64,000 nucleotides of DNA from Thermodesulfobacteriota bacterium (GTDB lineage: Bacteria > Desulfobacterota > Desulfobacteria > Desulfobacterales > C00003060): positions 1-64,000 of the forward strand of contig JAXHVD010000014.1 of assembly GCA_034189385.1 (NCBI GenBank), in the 5' to 3' direction. How positions within the stretch are numbered: the stretch's first letter is position 1; each line of letters begins with the position of its first letter. This document shows, one piece after another, positions 1 through 8,605 of the stretch. The translations under genes and the position numbers were made by a program. Under the pieces are notes generated by a model. It had not been told where the DNA came from, made no database searches, and worked only from the letters and a program-made list of their open reading frames with translations.

Positions 1-143
1 CTCCTTTGGATATGGTTTTTCTTCGCAGACGAACTCATACCCTTGGAGATACCGGATGTCCATTCTGTTTGATCTCACAGCATTTTTCCCTTATTAGCTA
101 CAACTAAATCGGAGAAGAGCCCAACAAATTAGGTTGTCATTGG

Positions 144-196
144 GAGGCGGACAAGCCCTCCTGAGGCGGACAAGCCCTCCTGAGGCGGACAAGCCC
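144..196. repeat. 19-nt tandem repeat GAGGCGGACAAGCCCTCCT, ~2.8 copies
   Basis: Units start at 144, 163 and 182; read directly. Confidence 0.9.
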
Positions 197-484
197 CTAC
201 CCCTTACATCAGCCCTGACCAGGGCACGGACAGGCCGGGGGAAGGAGTTTCTTCTTAATTTTGCCTGTCATTCAACGTACGGTTGCACTCGTTCTCTGCG
301 TTCCTGTGTGAAACATCTGCCGCCATTATAGGTAGATAGGGGAAAACGCTTGGCAGCGGCAGATGCTAGACACAAAAAGTGCTAATGTTTCTTTGTTACT
401 ACCCGATAAAACGATAAAGGACACACATTTCCAAAGGATGCTCAACGCACCGCTTGTTTTTCTCGATCTTTACATGCTCAATTC

Positions 485-698
485 GAGACCTTTGCAGAAC
501 CCCTTCTCACTTGATTTTGTGGGCTTTTTGATCCCGACAGAGTCGGGACTTTGTTCACTGAATTGCAAAAACTCGGCTTAAGAGCCTCAAACAGTTTGCA
601 ATTCACCCACTGTCGTGGGGCGCTCATCCCGACGGTGTCGGGAAGGGGTACCCCAAAAAGCCCACAATGAACGTTCGAGGAAATTATGCAACGCTCTC
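485..698. mobile_element. MITE family A, copy 1
   Basis: Imperfect TIR GAGACCTTTGCAGAA / TTATGCAACGCTCTC; 5-bp direct repeat AATTC at 480-484 and 699-703; homologous copy at 47387-47631. Confidence 0.85.
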
Positions 699-724
699 AA
701 TTCATGTCTATCTGCGATTAAGCA

Positions 725-2470
725 ATGTCTATACCCATCAATATATCCATTATCCGAACACTTTTGTTTGTAATCATCCCTCTTCTGATATTTCAAGGAC
801 AGGCTTTTGCGGAAATCACCACGCTGGTGGCTTTGGGAGAAACATGGACCTATAAGGACGATGGCTCTGACCAGCAAGGCGCGTGGCGGACGTATCCGTT
901 TGATGACAGCGGTTGGTCTTCGGGAGCCGCGCAATTGGGGTATGGAGACGGGGATGAGGCAACAACTGTGGGCTATGGAGGAAATTCAAATAGTAAATAC
1001 ATAACCACCTATTTTCGAAAAACCTTTTCCGTAAGCGACCCATCACTTTATAAGTGTTTGAAATTAAGGCTCCTGCGGGATGACGGCGCCATTGTCTACA
1101 TCAATGATCATGAGGTCGGACGGTCCAACATGCCGGATGGGATGATCACCTACCAGACACCCGCCTCAGAGGTTGTTGGTGGAGATGACGAAAGCAGGGT
1201 TTTTGTAACATTCCTTGACCCGGTTGTTCTGAGTGCAGGAGGGTCGAATATTATTGCTGTTGAAATTCACCAGATATCTCAAACCAGCTCTGACATCAGC
1301 TTTGATCTCGAACTGACCGCTTCCACATCGGCCTGTTTCACCAAAGGGCCGTATCTTATTTATCCCGGCGACAATACCAAAATGGATGTTCTTTGGCAAT
1401 TGACCGATACGGATAGGGCCAAAATCGAATGGGGATTGGACACAGGCTTTTCAACAGGGGCCGCAGACACTTCAGAATATGGAAGCGCCCATCAGCATGC
1501 GCACACCATTTCGGCCTTGATACCGGGTACGAAGTACTATTACCGGGTATCAGCAAACGCTACGGATCAGGATCACCAACATACAGGATCGTTTACTGCT
1601 GCGCCTCCAGCAGACGCGGAAGATGTCAAACTCCTGGTGCATGGCGACACGCAAACGCTTCCGGCGGATCATGACACGGTGGCGGCAGGCATGATCTCTG
1701 CGTTTACTTCTGATTCTTCGTATCAAACCATGGTTCTTGCCGCAGGAGACCTCGTGAGCGCAGGCAGGGATGAATCATCCTGGGCAACCGAGTTTTTCGA
1801 TCCCACGTATACACACATACAGGAGCTTCTGGCAAATCTTGCCTTTCAATCGTGTATGGGCAATCATGAAACGTTTGGCACAGGTGAGAATCTGTTTCAG
1901 ACTTATTTTCCTTATCCCTCTGTGTTCGATAATTATTGGTCATTTGATTATGGACCGGTGCATGTCGCGGTGGTAGATCAATATGCGCAGGGAACGTATC
2001 CAAACAATATGATCGGTTCTGCTCAGCTTTCATGGTTGGACGCAGACCTGGCGTCAACAGACAGGCCGTGGAAGTTTATTATCTTTCACGAACCGGGCTG
2101 GTCCGCTGGCGGGGGGCATGACAACAATACACAGGTCCAAACCGATATTCAGCCCCTTTGCGAGCAGTATGACGTATCCCTGGTATTTGCCGGCCACAAC
2201 CACTTTTATGCAAGAGCAATGGTCAACGGGGTTCATCACATCACAACGGTGGGAGGTGCGCCTTTGCGAACACCGGTAGCCGGGTATCCACACGTGCTAG
2301 TTGCCAAAAGCGTCACCCACTACTGCAAGGTGGAGATATCCAAAGACACCCTGACGTTTCAGGCGGTTCAGCCCGATGGTGCCATTGTGGATTCATTTAT
2401 AATCAATCCTATAAGGCCTGTACCGATTACGCAACCGATCAGGCCGGCCATGTTTTTGCTTGTCAACTAA
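725..2470 (+). CDS. Secreted metallophosphoesterase (purple acid phosphatase-like) with N-terminal beta-sandwich and FN3-like domain
   Basis: Signal peptide; calcineurin-like motifs GDTQ, GDLV, GNHE, FHEP, GHNH. Confidence 0.85.
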   Translation: MSIPINISIIRTLLFVIIPLLIFQGQAFAEITTLVALGETWTYKDDGSDQQGAWRTYPFDDSGWSSGAAQLGYGDGDEATTVGYGGNSNSKYITTYFRKTFSVSDPSLYKCLKLRLLRDDGAIVYINDHEVGRSNMPDGMITYQTPASEVVGGDDESRVFVTFLDPVVLSAGGSNIIAVEIHQISQTSSDISFDLELTASTSACFTKGPYLIYPGDNTKMDVLWQLTDTDRAKIEWGLDTGFSTGAADTSEYGSAHQHAHTISALIPGTKYYYRVSANATDQDHQHTGSFTAAPPADAEDVKLLVHGDTQTLPADHDTVAAGMISAFTSDSSYQTMVLAAGDLVSAGRDESSWATEFFDPTYTHIQELLANLAFQSCMGNHETFGTGENLFQTYFPYPSVFDNYWSFDYGPVHVAVVDQYAQGTYPNNMIGSAQLSWLDADLASTDRPWKFIIFHEPGWSAGGGHDNNTQVQTDIQPLCEQYDVSLVFAGHNHFYARAMVNGVHHITTVGGAPLRTPVAGYPHVLVAKSVTHYCKVEISKDTLTFQAVQPDGAIVDSFIINPIRPVPITQPIRPAMFLLVN

Positions 2471-2529
2471 GAGCAATGCAGATACTGGATGGAAGTGGTT
2501 TTTGATTTCTTCAGGAAAGAAGGATAAAG

Positions 2530-2850
2530 GTAACAGTTTAGTCCCCATGGTCGAGGATGGGCGGCTGTAAAATTTGGGGGGTGCTGGTGAGGATCAGGAA
2601 GAATCGTTGTACAGTGCAGCTTGAGCGGACGGGGTATCTGAAGTAAATAGGGTTTTGAAAAAATCCAGTGGGTGCTGGCCCTGACGTGTGGCGGTAAGCA
2701 ATAAGCTGGGTAAGACGCTTTGGGAAAGAGAGCCTTCGTTGGAGCGAGTGCCAAAGCAGATTTTTCTGAAAATGACGATATCTCTTAAGGACTGTTCGGC
2801 TTGATTGTTTGTTGGCTGCACATCAGGATGCTTTAAGAACGTAAACCCCT
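2530..2850 (-). pseudogene. IS66-family transposase C-terminal remnant with one element end
   Basis: FLKHPDVQPTNNQAEQSLRDIVIFRKICFGTRS is the IS66 TnpC C-terminal motif; end-like GTAACAGTTTAG at 2530; N-terminal part missing. Confidence 0.8.
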
Positions 2851-3584
2851 TCCCTTGCCCTTCCCTTGGGCCTCCCTTGGGGTCGCACCATGGCAACTGG
2901 TTGAGATGCTACGATATAGTATGGCAGATGCCCCATAAAACGGCCTTACAATGCGGTTTTTCACAGTCCAATTGGGCCCTTAAGATCAGGCGTGGCCTCC
3001 TATCCCAAGAGGAGATCGTCAGTACGTGGTGGGATATGTGTGGCAGATTATCCATCATTGCCACAACAAGGGAGTTTCTTCTCAGATTTGCCAGAGACCG
3101 GCAGCAGTGGCTGACGTCTGGTTGTCAGCGCGAGGGACGGTCATGAGCTAAGGGAGGCCAGGGCTTTTTACAGCAGCGTTTTTGAGGGTGAAATGGGCGT
3201 TCTAAGGTAAGCGTCCAACCCCATTTCGAACCTGTGTCAACGTGTCTCTTGACATGTCCCGTGGCTCTCAGATATCGTTGCAATCTGGCAGGGAGCCCAG
3301 TGGGGGTCCCCTGCCTCCCCCAACAGGCCCCCGGTGTCTCACAGCGCTGGGGGCTTCTCTTGTCTTGGCTTGACCTCTCTTCTTCAAAACTCCGCATGCT
3401 GATCTACTCCACGACGTAGTTTTTGCGTCAAAAAATGGTTACTTTGCGCCATTGATTTCGCAGATTCGGCGTCGTATGCGCTCTCGCGGAGGACTTGTTC
3501 AGTGGTTCCCGCAAACATAATATGCAGTGTCTTTGCATCATAACTACTTACGTTTTTTGTGTAAAATACGTACTTTTGCGAAAA

Positions 3585-4108
3585 ATGAACTACCCCGCCG
3601 CAAGCCGCGGGGTATTAGAATGGCAACAATTGGTAATCTTCATGCAGTTTGTCATACTGTGTTCTTTGGCTTTTCACATACTTGCTGATCGTATCCTCAT
3701 TGCCATGTTTTCCAACTGTGCTTGCAAAATATCCATCCGTCCAGAATTCGCCTCCCCACAGCTGATTCTTCACCTCGGGACAGCGCCTGAACACTTCTCT
3801 TGCGGTTAGGCTCTTTATTATCGTTACTATCTTCGTTACGCTATATCTCGGAATCGACTGGACTAAAAAATGGACATGATCTTTATCTGTACCAATCTCC
3901 AAGAATTTCAACTGATATCGCTTCTCAATGTCAAGACACACTTCCTTCACAACTTCATCAACATGATTATAAAACACTGCTCGCCTATACTTGGCTGGAA
4001 ATACCAAATGGTATATCAATACCGTTACGTTATGACTCTTATGTACGTATTCGCTCACATAGGCATCTTACGCCGCAAGCGGCGGGGAATACAACCCCAA
4101 GGGATTGA
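3585..4108 (-). mobile_element. IS200/IS605-family element (tnpA only)
   Basis: tnpA flanked by subterminal hairpins TACCCCGCCGCAAGCCGCGGGGTA (3591-3614) and CGCCGCAAGCGGCG (4071-4084); boundaries approximate. Confidence 0.85.
3615..4058 (-). CDS. tnpA: IS200-family Y1 HUH transposase
   Basis: YHLVFPAKYRR, HUH motif DHVHFL, LWGGEFWTDGYF, catalytic Tyr in YVKSQ. Confidence 0.95.
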   Translation of the reverse strand: MSEYVHKSHNVTVLIYHLVFPAKYRRAVFYNHVDEVVKEVCLDIEKRYQLKFLEIGTDKDHVHFLVQSIPRYSVTKIVTIIKSLTAREVFRRCPEVKNQLWGGEFWTDGYFASTVGKHGNEDTISKYVKSQRTQYDKLHEDYQLLPF

Positions 4109-4121
4109 AAGAGTCTGCTAC

Positions 4122-4631
4122 TTACTGAAGCTCGTACCAAGGCTCCGGCATTTGATACTGTAGAACGGTTGGTTGATCACAGGCCCACCAGTACATATCG
4201 GAAATGTTGTCTGGGAGCATGTACCGTATTTTGAGGGGCAGCCGTTCTAAAGTATGCACCCCATAAGTTGGCGGTGGCTCGAGTTTACATGATGAGCGGA
4301 GAAAACATTGGACGTCGCGCATAGATAGAGATGGGGTATTGCTCGGCCTAATTCTGAAGTCACTATAGTAGTCACCCATCTCACGGTCTGTCATGCTTTC
4401 TCCGGTTAAGAAAGATCTGCCCGGTCGAGCCAATGGGGGCATGAACTCTGCTTCAATGCGACGAGTGAAGTCCGGCACTAAGCTGTTCGGCGTTTCGGAA
4501 CGATATTGCATGACCTTGGCGAAGGTGTCTGTAGGCATCCCTGGACGTCCTGCCCAGGAAGGAGTAGGCGAAGTCGCTAGAGCACACCCAGCGAAAGCGA
4601 CTAGAACACAGGTTCGAACTCTTGAGAACAT
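4122..4631 (-). CDS. Secreted hypothetical protein ending YQMPEPWYELQ
   Basis: GGAGG SD before ATG; signal-peptide-like N-terminus (..PSWA); C-terminus shared with 8606-9478. Confidence 0.7.
   Translation of the reverse strand: MFSRVRTCVLVAFAGCALATSPTPSWAGRPGMPTDTFAKVMQYRSETPNSLVPDFTRRIEAEFMPPLARPGRSFLTGESMTDREMGDYYSDFRIRPSNTPSLSMRDVQCFLRSSCKLEPPPTYGVHTLERLPLKIRYMLPDNISDMYWWACDQPTVLQYQMPEPWYELQ
4123..4157 (-). repeat. 35-nt direct repeat, copy 1 (34/35 identical to 8607-8641)
   Basis: TATCAAATGCCGGAGCCTTGGTACGAGCTTCAGTA on the minus strand. Confidence 0.95.
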
Positions 4632-5062
4632 AGCCCTGTCCTCCTATGCAGATTGCTATTTTGCTTCTACGATCTCGATTTTGTGCCCTTTTTAGATTTT
4701 TCCCGACTAGCGAACAAAAAGTCACCTTCTCACAGTGTCGTACAGTCGTCGAACATCTTCGACTTTTGACGCACTTTTTTCGCTGTGCTATCGGCAAGCT
4801 ATCTTGACGGCTGGTTGACAGTGTTTCAGCGTCTTGAAAAAGGTGCCACAGCCTAACAAATAGAAGATTATCAGTATGATGAAGCACCTATATAATAAAG
4901 CGTGGAATTCAGACTGCCTTGGTACGGCAGTTTCTATACCGTGGATTTGACAATTTCGCTCATCATTGCCTCACACTTCTGTACGTATTGGTTTACCTCA
5001 AAAGGCAGAGCCATTTCGGCCCAACCCCTTCCTCTCGCTCGTATTTAATGGTTCTACACATC

Positions 5063-5144
5063 TATTGGTCCAAGCTTTTACAGTTTGTAAGATATTGGTG
5101 GAAGTTTTTACAATCTGTAAAGAATTGGCCGCAGTTTTACAAGT
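5063..5144. promoter_or_regulatory. ~30-nt period repeats carrying the palindrome TTACA-N3-TGTAA; putative operator array
   Basis: TTACAGTTTGTAA 5078-5090, TTACAATCTGTAA 5108-5120, half site 5137-5141; each unit begins (T/A)ATTGG. Confidence 0.5.
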
Positions 5145-5665
5145 AGGCGTACCAACCGTGCGGTTTTGTAATCCTAATTTGTTGCAATAACTTACCTCAT
5201 TTCTATGGAATGCGGCATGAATATTGTAAGTGGTCCGGATAAAATGAAACGGCCATTTTCAATGCGGATACGGCCACTGCAACGGAGACCGATACATTGA
5301 CCTTGTGTCTCCATTTGTAGGTGCCATCCGAGTTTTTGGTCACCCGGAGATCAAGAGGCAATCGGTACGGGGAACCTGATAGATGGTACTTCAATTGAAG
5401 GAACCTACTCCATCTGCGTTGTGCCATAAGGATGGTGTTCAAAAGTTTCCACATTACTTATTATGAGTTTTGTCAATTCTCTTAGGCCCATCACCAGTGG
5501 CGCTCAGTGTAGTCGTGCCATGGAAGGAACTTCACCCTTATACTGCCCGGTTATTTTTCAGACGGGTAACGAAAGGAGGTGGAGGATATTTGAAAATAGA
5601 GCAAGACGTTAGCACTTCACACCACGATGATTTCTTGGACTCGAACTCTCTTTAAGGAGGAAGCG

Positions 5666-6589
5666 ATGAAAAAGAGCAAAGTGGCTTTGACACTGTTGTT
5701 ATGCTTGTTGGTTGTCTCTTTCGGCGCTATCACATCAGAGGCTGCCTTTGAACAAGCAAGAAAACCCATGACCAACCCTGTTTACTTTGACCTGGCTGTT
5801 CCCACAACCTATATTCATCCCTTGTATGCGTACCATACGCTGCCGGATGAGGTTTCAACGACCATCGGAGATGTCCCCGTGGACGGAGATGTACAGGTGT
5901 ATGCCCTGCGCATAGAGTATGCCTTGAATGAGCGTTGGTCTTTGCTTGCCGCAAAGGACGGGTATATTGACATCGATCCCGATGATACCCTTGCCGAAGA
6001 GGACGGCTGGGGGGACATCGCGGTAGGAGCAAAGTGGGCCTTTCTCTATGACCCTGACAACCAGATGGCGGCAAGCGTAAAACTGCTGTTCGAGTTTGCA
6101 AGTGGGGATGAGGACGTGTTTCAGGGCAACGGCGACGGAACAGTCACCCCAGCCATAGACTTCCTTAAGTTATGGGGCGGCTGGCAGTTTGCTGCTTCTG
6201 CAGGCTTAACGATTCCCTTTGATGATGACAAAGAAAGCGCCATGTTCTATGACAGCTGGCACGTAAGCTATGCACTGACGGAAAAGCTTTTCCCCATGAT
6301 AGAGCTGAATCATTGGTACGTGGTGAGCGAGGGCGACGGTGAAGCAGATTTTGATGAGCAGGGGGGAAACCTCGTGCCGTCAATAGTGACTTTCGAAGGC
6401 GGAGACCTCTTTAACCTCGGGTCAGAACATGGAGACGATGATGAGACTATCGTCACGTTGGGGCTCGGGTTGCGCTATCGGCTGATGGAGACTCTCGACT
6501 TGGGCGCATCCTTTGAGTTTCCTTTGACGGATGATGAAGAAAACCTGATGGATACCAGGACCACCGTGGATCTGGTCTGGCGCTTCTAA
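5666..6589 (+). CDS. Outer-membrane beta-barrel protein (COG4313/MetA-phenol-degradation-like)
   Basis: AAGGAGG SD; signal peptide; GWGDIAVGAKW...FASG motif; alternating beta-strand pattern; C-terminal aromatic WRF. Confidence 0.7.
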   Translation: MKKSKVALTLLLCLLVVSFGAITSEAAFEQARKPMTNPVYFDLAVPTTYIHPLYAYHTLPDEVSTTIGDVPVDGDVQVYALRIEYALNERWSLLAAKDGYIDIDPDDTLAEEDGWGDIAVGAKWAFLYDPDNQMAASVKLLFEFASGDEDVFQGNGDGTVTPAIDFLKLWGGWQFAASAGLTIPFDDDKESAMFYDSWHVSYALTEKLFPMIELNHWYVVSEGDGEADFDEQGGNLVPSIVTFEGGDLFNLGSEHGDDDETIVTLGLGLRYRLMETLDLGASFEFPLTDDEENLMDTRTTVDLVWRF

Positions 6590-6611
6590 CAGCCCTTCAA
6601 CGCAACGAATA

Positions 6612-6666
6612 CCCCCTGGCTGTCACGGTCTTTTGGCGTGATAGTCCAGGGGGCCTTTCGTTTTTC
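6612..6666 (+). terminator. Probable intrinsic terminator
   Basis: CCCCCTGG...CCAGGGGG stem followed by a T-rich tract. Confidence 0.6.
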
Positions 6667-7837
6667 TTCCCTCAGCAGTTCGCTTACATATGGTGCGTCT
6701 AAAAATCGAGCATAGGACGCCTTCACATGGCCCAAACAAGGGCCAACTCCGTCTTACTACGCCGTCAGCGTGAAAGAAGAGGCCGTCTCTGAAAGCAAAC
6801 TGCAACACGATGCAGCGGCTGTATCATACTGCAATGAGACCGAAAAAGAAGCATTTCCGCTCTTATGACGAATGTGGGGATTGACCAAAACCATCAGCAC
6901 CAGGTACTATGATGGCCACTTCTTAGGTTCTTATGTCATTAGGCGGGTTAGGATTACCTCACGTAAGAGGTCGGCTTCAAAAACACCCGTCCTCTTGCTA
7001 TGTGAAGTTCTCTAAACAAAGAGAATATAGGAGTATAACATAGGTGATAAGTTCTTACCGCTTGATAGCATGGAGAGTGTCGGTACTTATGTTGCTCGCG
7101 ATCTTTCATTAACCCAAGCATGAAAAACTCACGTGCTATATCATACTGATGGCAGACAGATAGTTTCTTTTGCCATTATAGTTGCGCAGCAAGAAGAGAA
7201 TGACCGATGGGATCTGACAGTCAACGCCTAAGGCCCATAGAGCTACCCCACAATATATTGACGTGCTCCGAGCCAGCGCCGGGTAACCCACCAAACCTAT
7301 CAATGCTTATCTGTGCCACCCTTGGACTGAGTAGTTTTCATATGATAATTACCTAATTTTTCGCTGCAAAATAGCTAATTTTAGGTATTGACCTTCTGGG
7401 CCAAACGCAGTAATGACCAAATTGGAGGCGACTGTAAGTTCACATAGATAACACGTTTTCCGTCGTTTAAGTCCATTCAAGGTGGGCATGAACACTCCTC
7501 TCAAAATGTGCTTACTTAGCTCCTAACAGAAGATTATCTGTTCTGCTAGGAGCCTAAAGGCACAATCTGCAAAACTGGGACGGCTTGGCATTCTTCCACA
7601 TGTTGTTCTGCTAGTCTGTTCATGCGGCACTCGTCCACACGCCAAATTTGCTTCGTCTGAGCTTTTTCCCTCGAGTCGTTCTTGTTTTACCCACATAGTC
7701 CGGCACCTGATTTTGACAGCTTCTGTGTCTGCTTGCAGAACCAGGTGCAAGGAGGTGATGCCCATTAAACGGTGAAGGCAGGCTTCATGTACCTCACAGC
7801 ATTCAAACCGTCTTGACGAAGGAAAGGAGGCGTTAAG

Positions 7838-8449
7838 ATGTATAAGAAGCTCTTCATTCTTGCAGGCATTGTGTCGATCTTTGCGTTTGCTGGCGCAGCC
7901 CTGGGAGCACCGCCCTTCGCAGTGAAGCAGATCATTGTGTATGATGGGTATTTACAGCAAGATGTTGACAATCCACCGGGCTCGGGCATCACTCTGCTCG
8001 TGGCAGACACCCTCTTTGTGGTCAACAACGGCAACAAGCTGGCGACCACACAACTAGATGTTTGGATCGAGGTTTTTGACAAGCACGGGAATTGGGTCGG
8101 CGAAGGCACCCTGTACAATGGTGGATCTCCGCTGGAATTCAACAAGATACCCTTTTCCGGTTTTGGCTGGATCACGTTGGGCATGATCGTTGGCCGTGAC
8201 ACGGTGGATCCCTGGGGCTTTCCAGCAGGAGAAAAGTTCCTTGTTAAGATCTCCACGGGCAAGGGAGACGCTGGTTCTACCAAGGCTGCCACTGTTGAGG
8301 TGAAGCAGGTTATTTACAATGCAGGTAACGAAGTCCCGGCAGGGGAGGCTATCTGGCGAGCTGACCTAATGAAGGCCTGGGCCGAGGCCTGCCTGGGCGG
8401 CAAGAATGGCCCGGGCGTTGTGAAACATCCCGGCAACTACGGAAATTGA
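7838..8449 (+). CDS. Secreted hypothetical protein, beta-rich
   Basis: AAGGAGG SD; clear signal peptide MYKKLFILAGIVSIFAFAGAALG. Confidence 0.8.
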   Translation: MYKKLFILAGIVSIFAFAGAALGAPPFAVKQIIVYDGYLQQDVDNPPGSGITLLVADTLFVVNNGNKLATTQLDVWIEVFDKHGNWVGEGTLYNGGSPLEFNKIPFSGFGWITLGMIVGRDTVDPWGFPAGEKFLVKISTGKGDAGSTKAATVEVKQVIYNAGNEVPAGEAIWRADLMKAWAEACLGGKNGPGVVKHPGNYGN

Positions 8450-8554
8450 GGACTTTCTCCCACGATCGAGTAGCGAGGGCCTCATGGCCCCCTCTACTCG
8501 ATTTCATGCCCACGTATAGCAAATCAATCTTCACTTCCCACCACACCACAAAGA

Positions 8555-8587
8555 AAAAGGGGGCCAATGTTACAGCCCCCTCTCTTA
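8555..8587 (-). terminator. Intrinsic terminator between convergent genes
   Basis: AAAAAGGGGGC...GCCCCCTCTCTT hairpin with an A-run on the plus strand. Confidence 0.6.
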
Positions 8588-8605
8588 TCCGAAGAAGTTT
8601 GTGAC

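Noticed and set aside
4920..4936. Sigma-54 promoter TGGTACG...
   Set aside because: The -12 position reads TTTC rather than TTGC; too weak to call
5063..5144. 30-nt period repeats as a mini-CRISPR
   Set aside because: No spacers, degenerate units, fewer than three full copies
5203..5454. 83-aa minus-strand ORF, and 9665-9892
   Set aside because: No SD or recognisable motif; could be decayed fragments but cannot be supported
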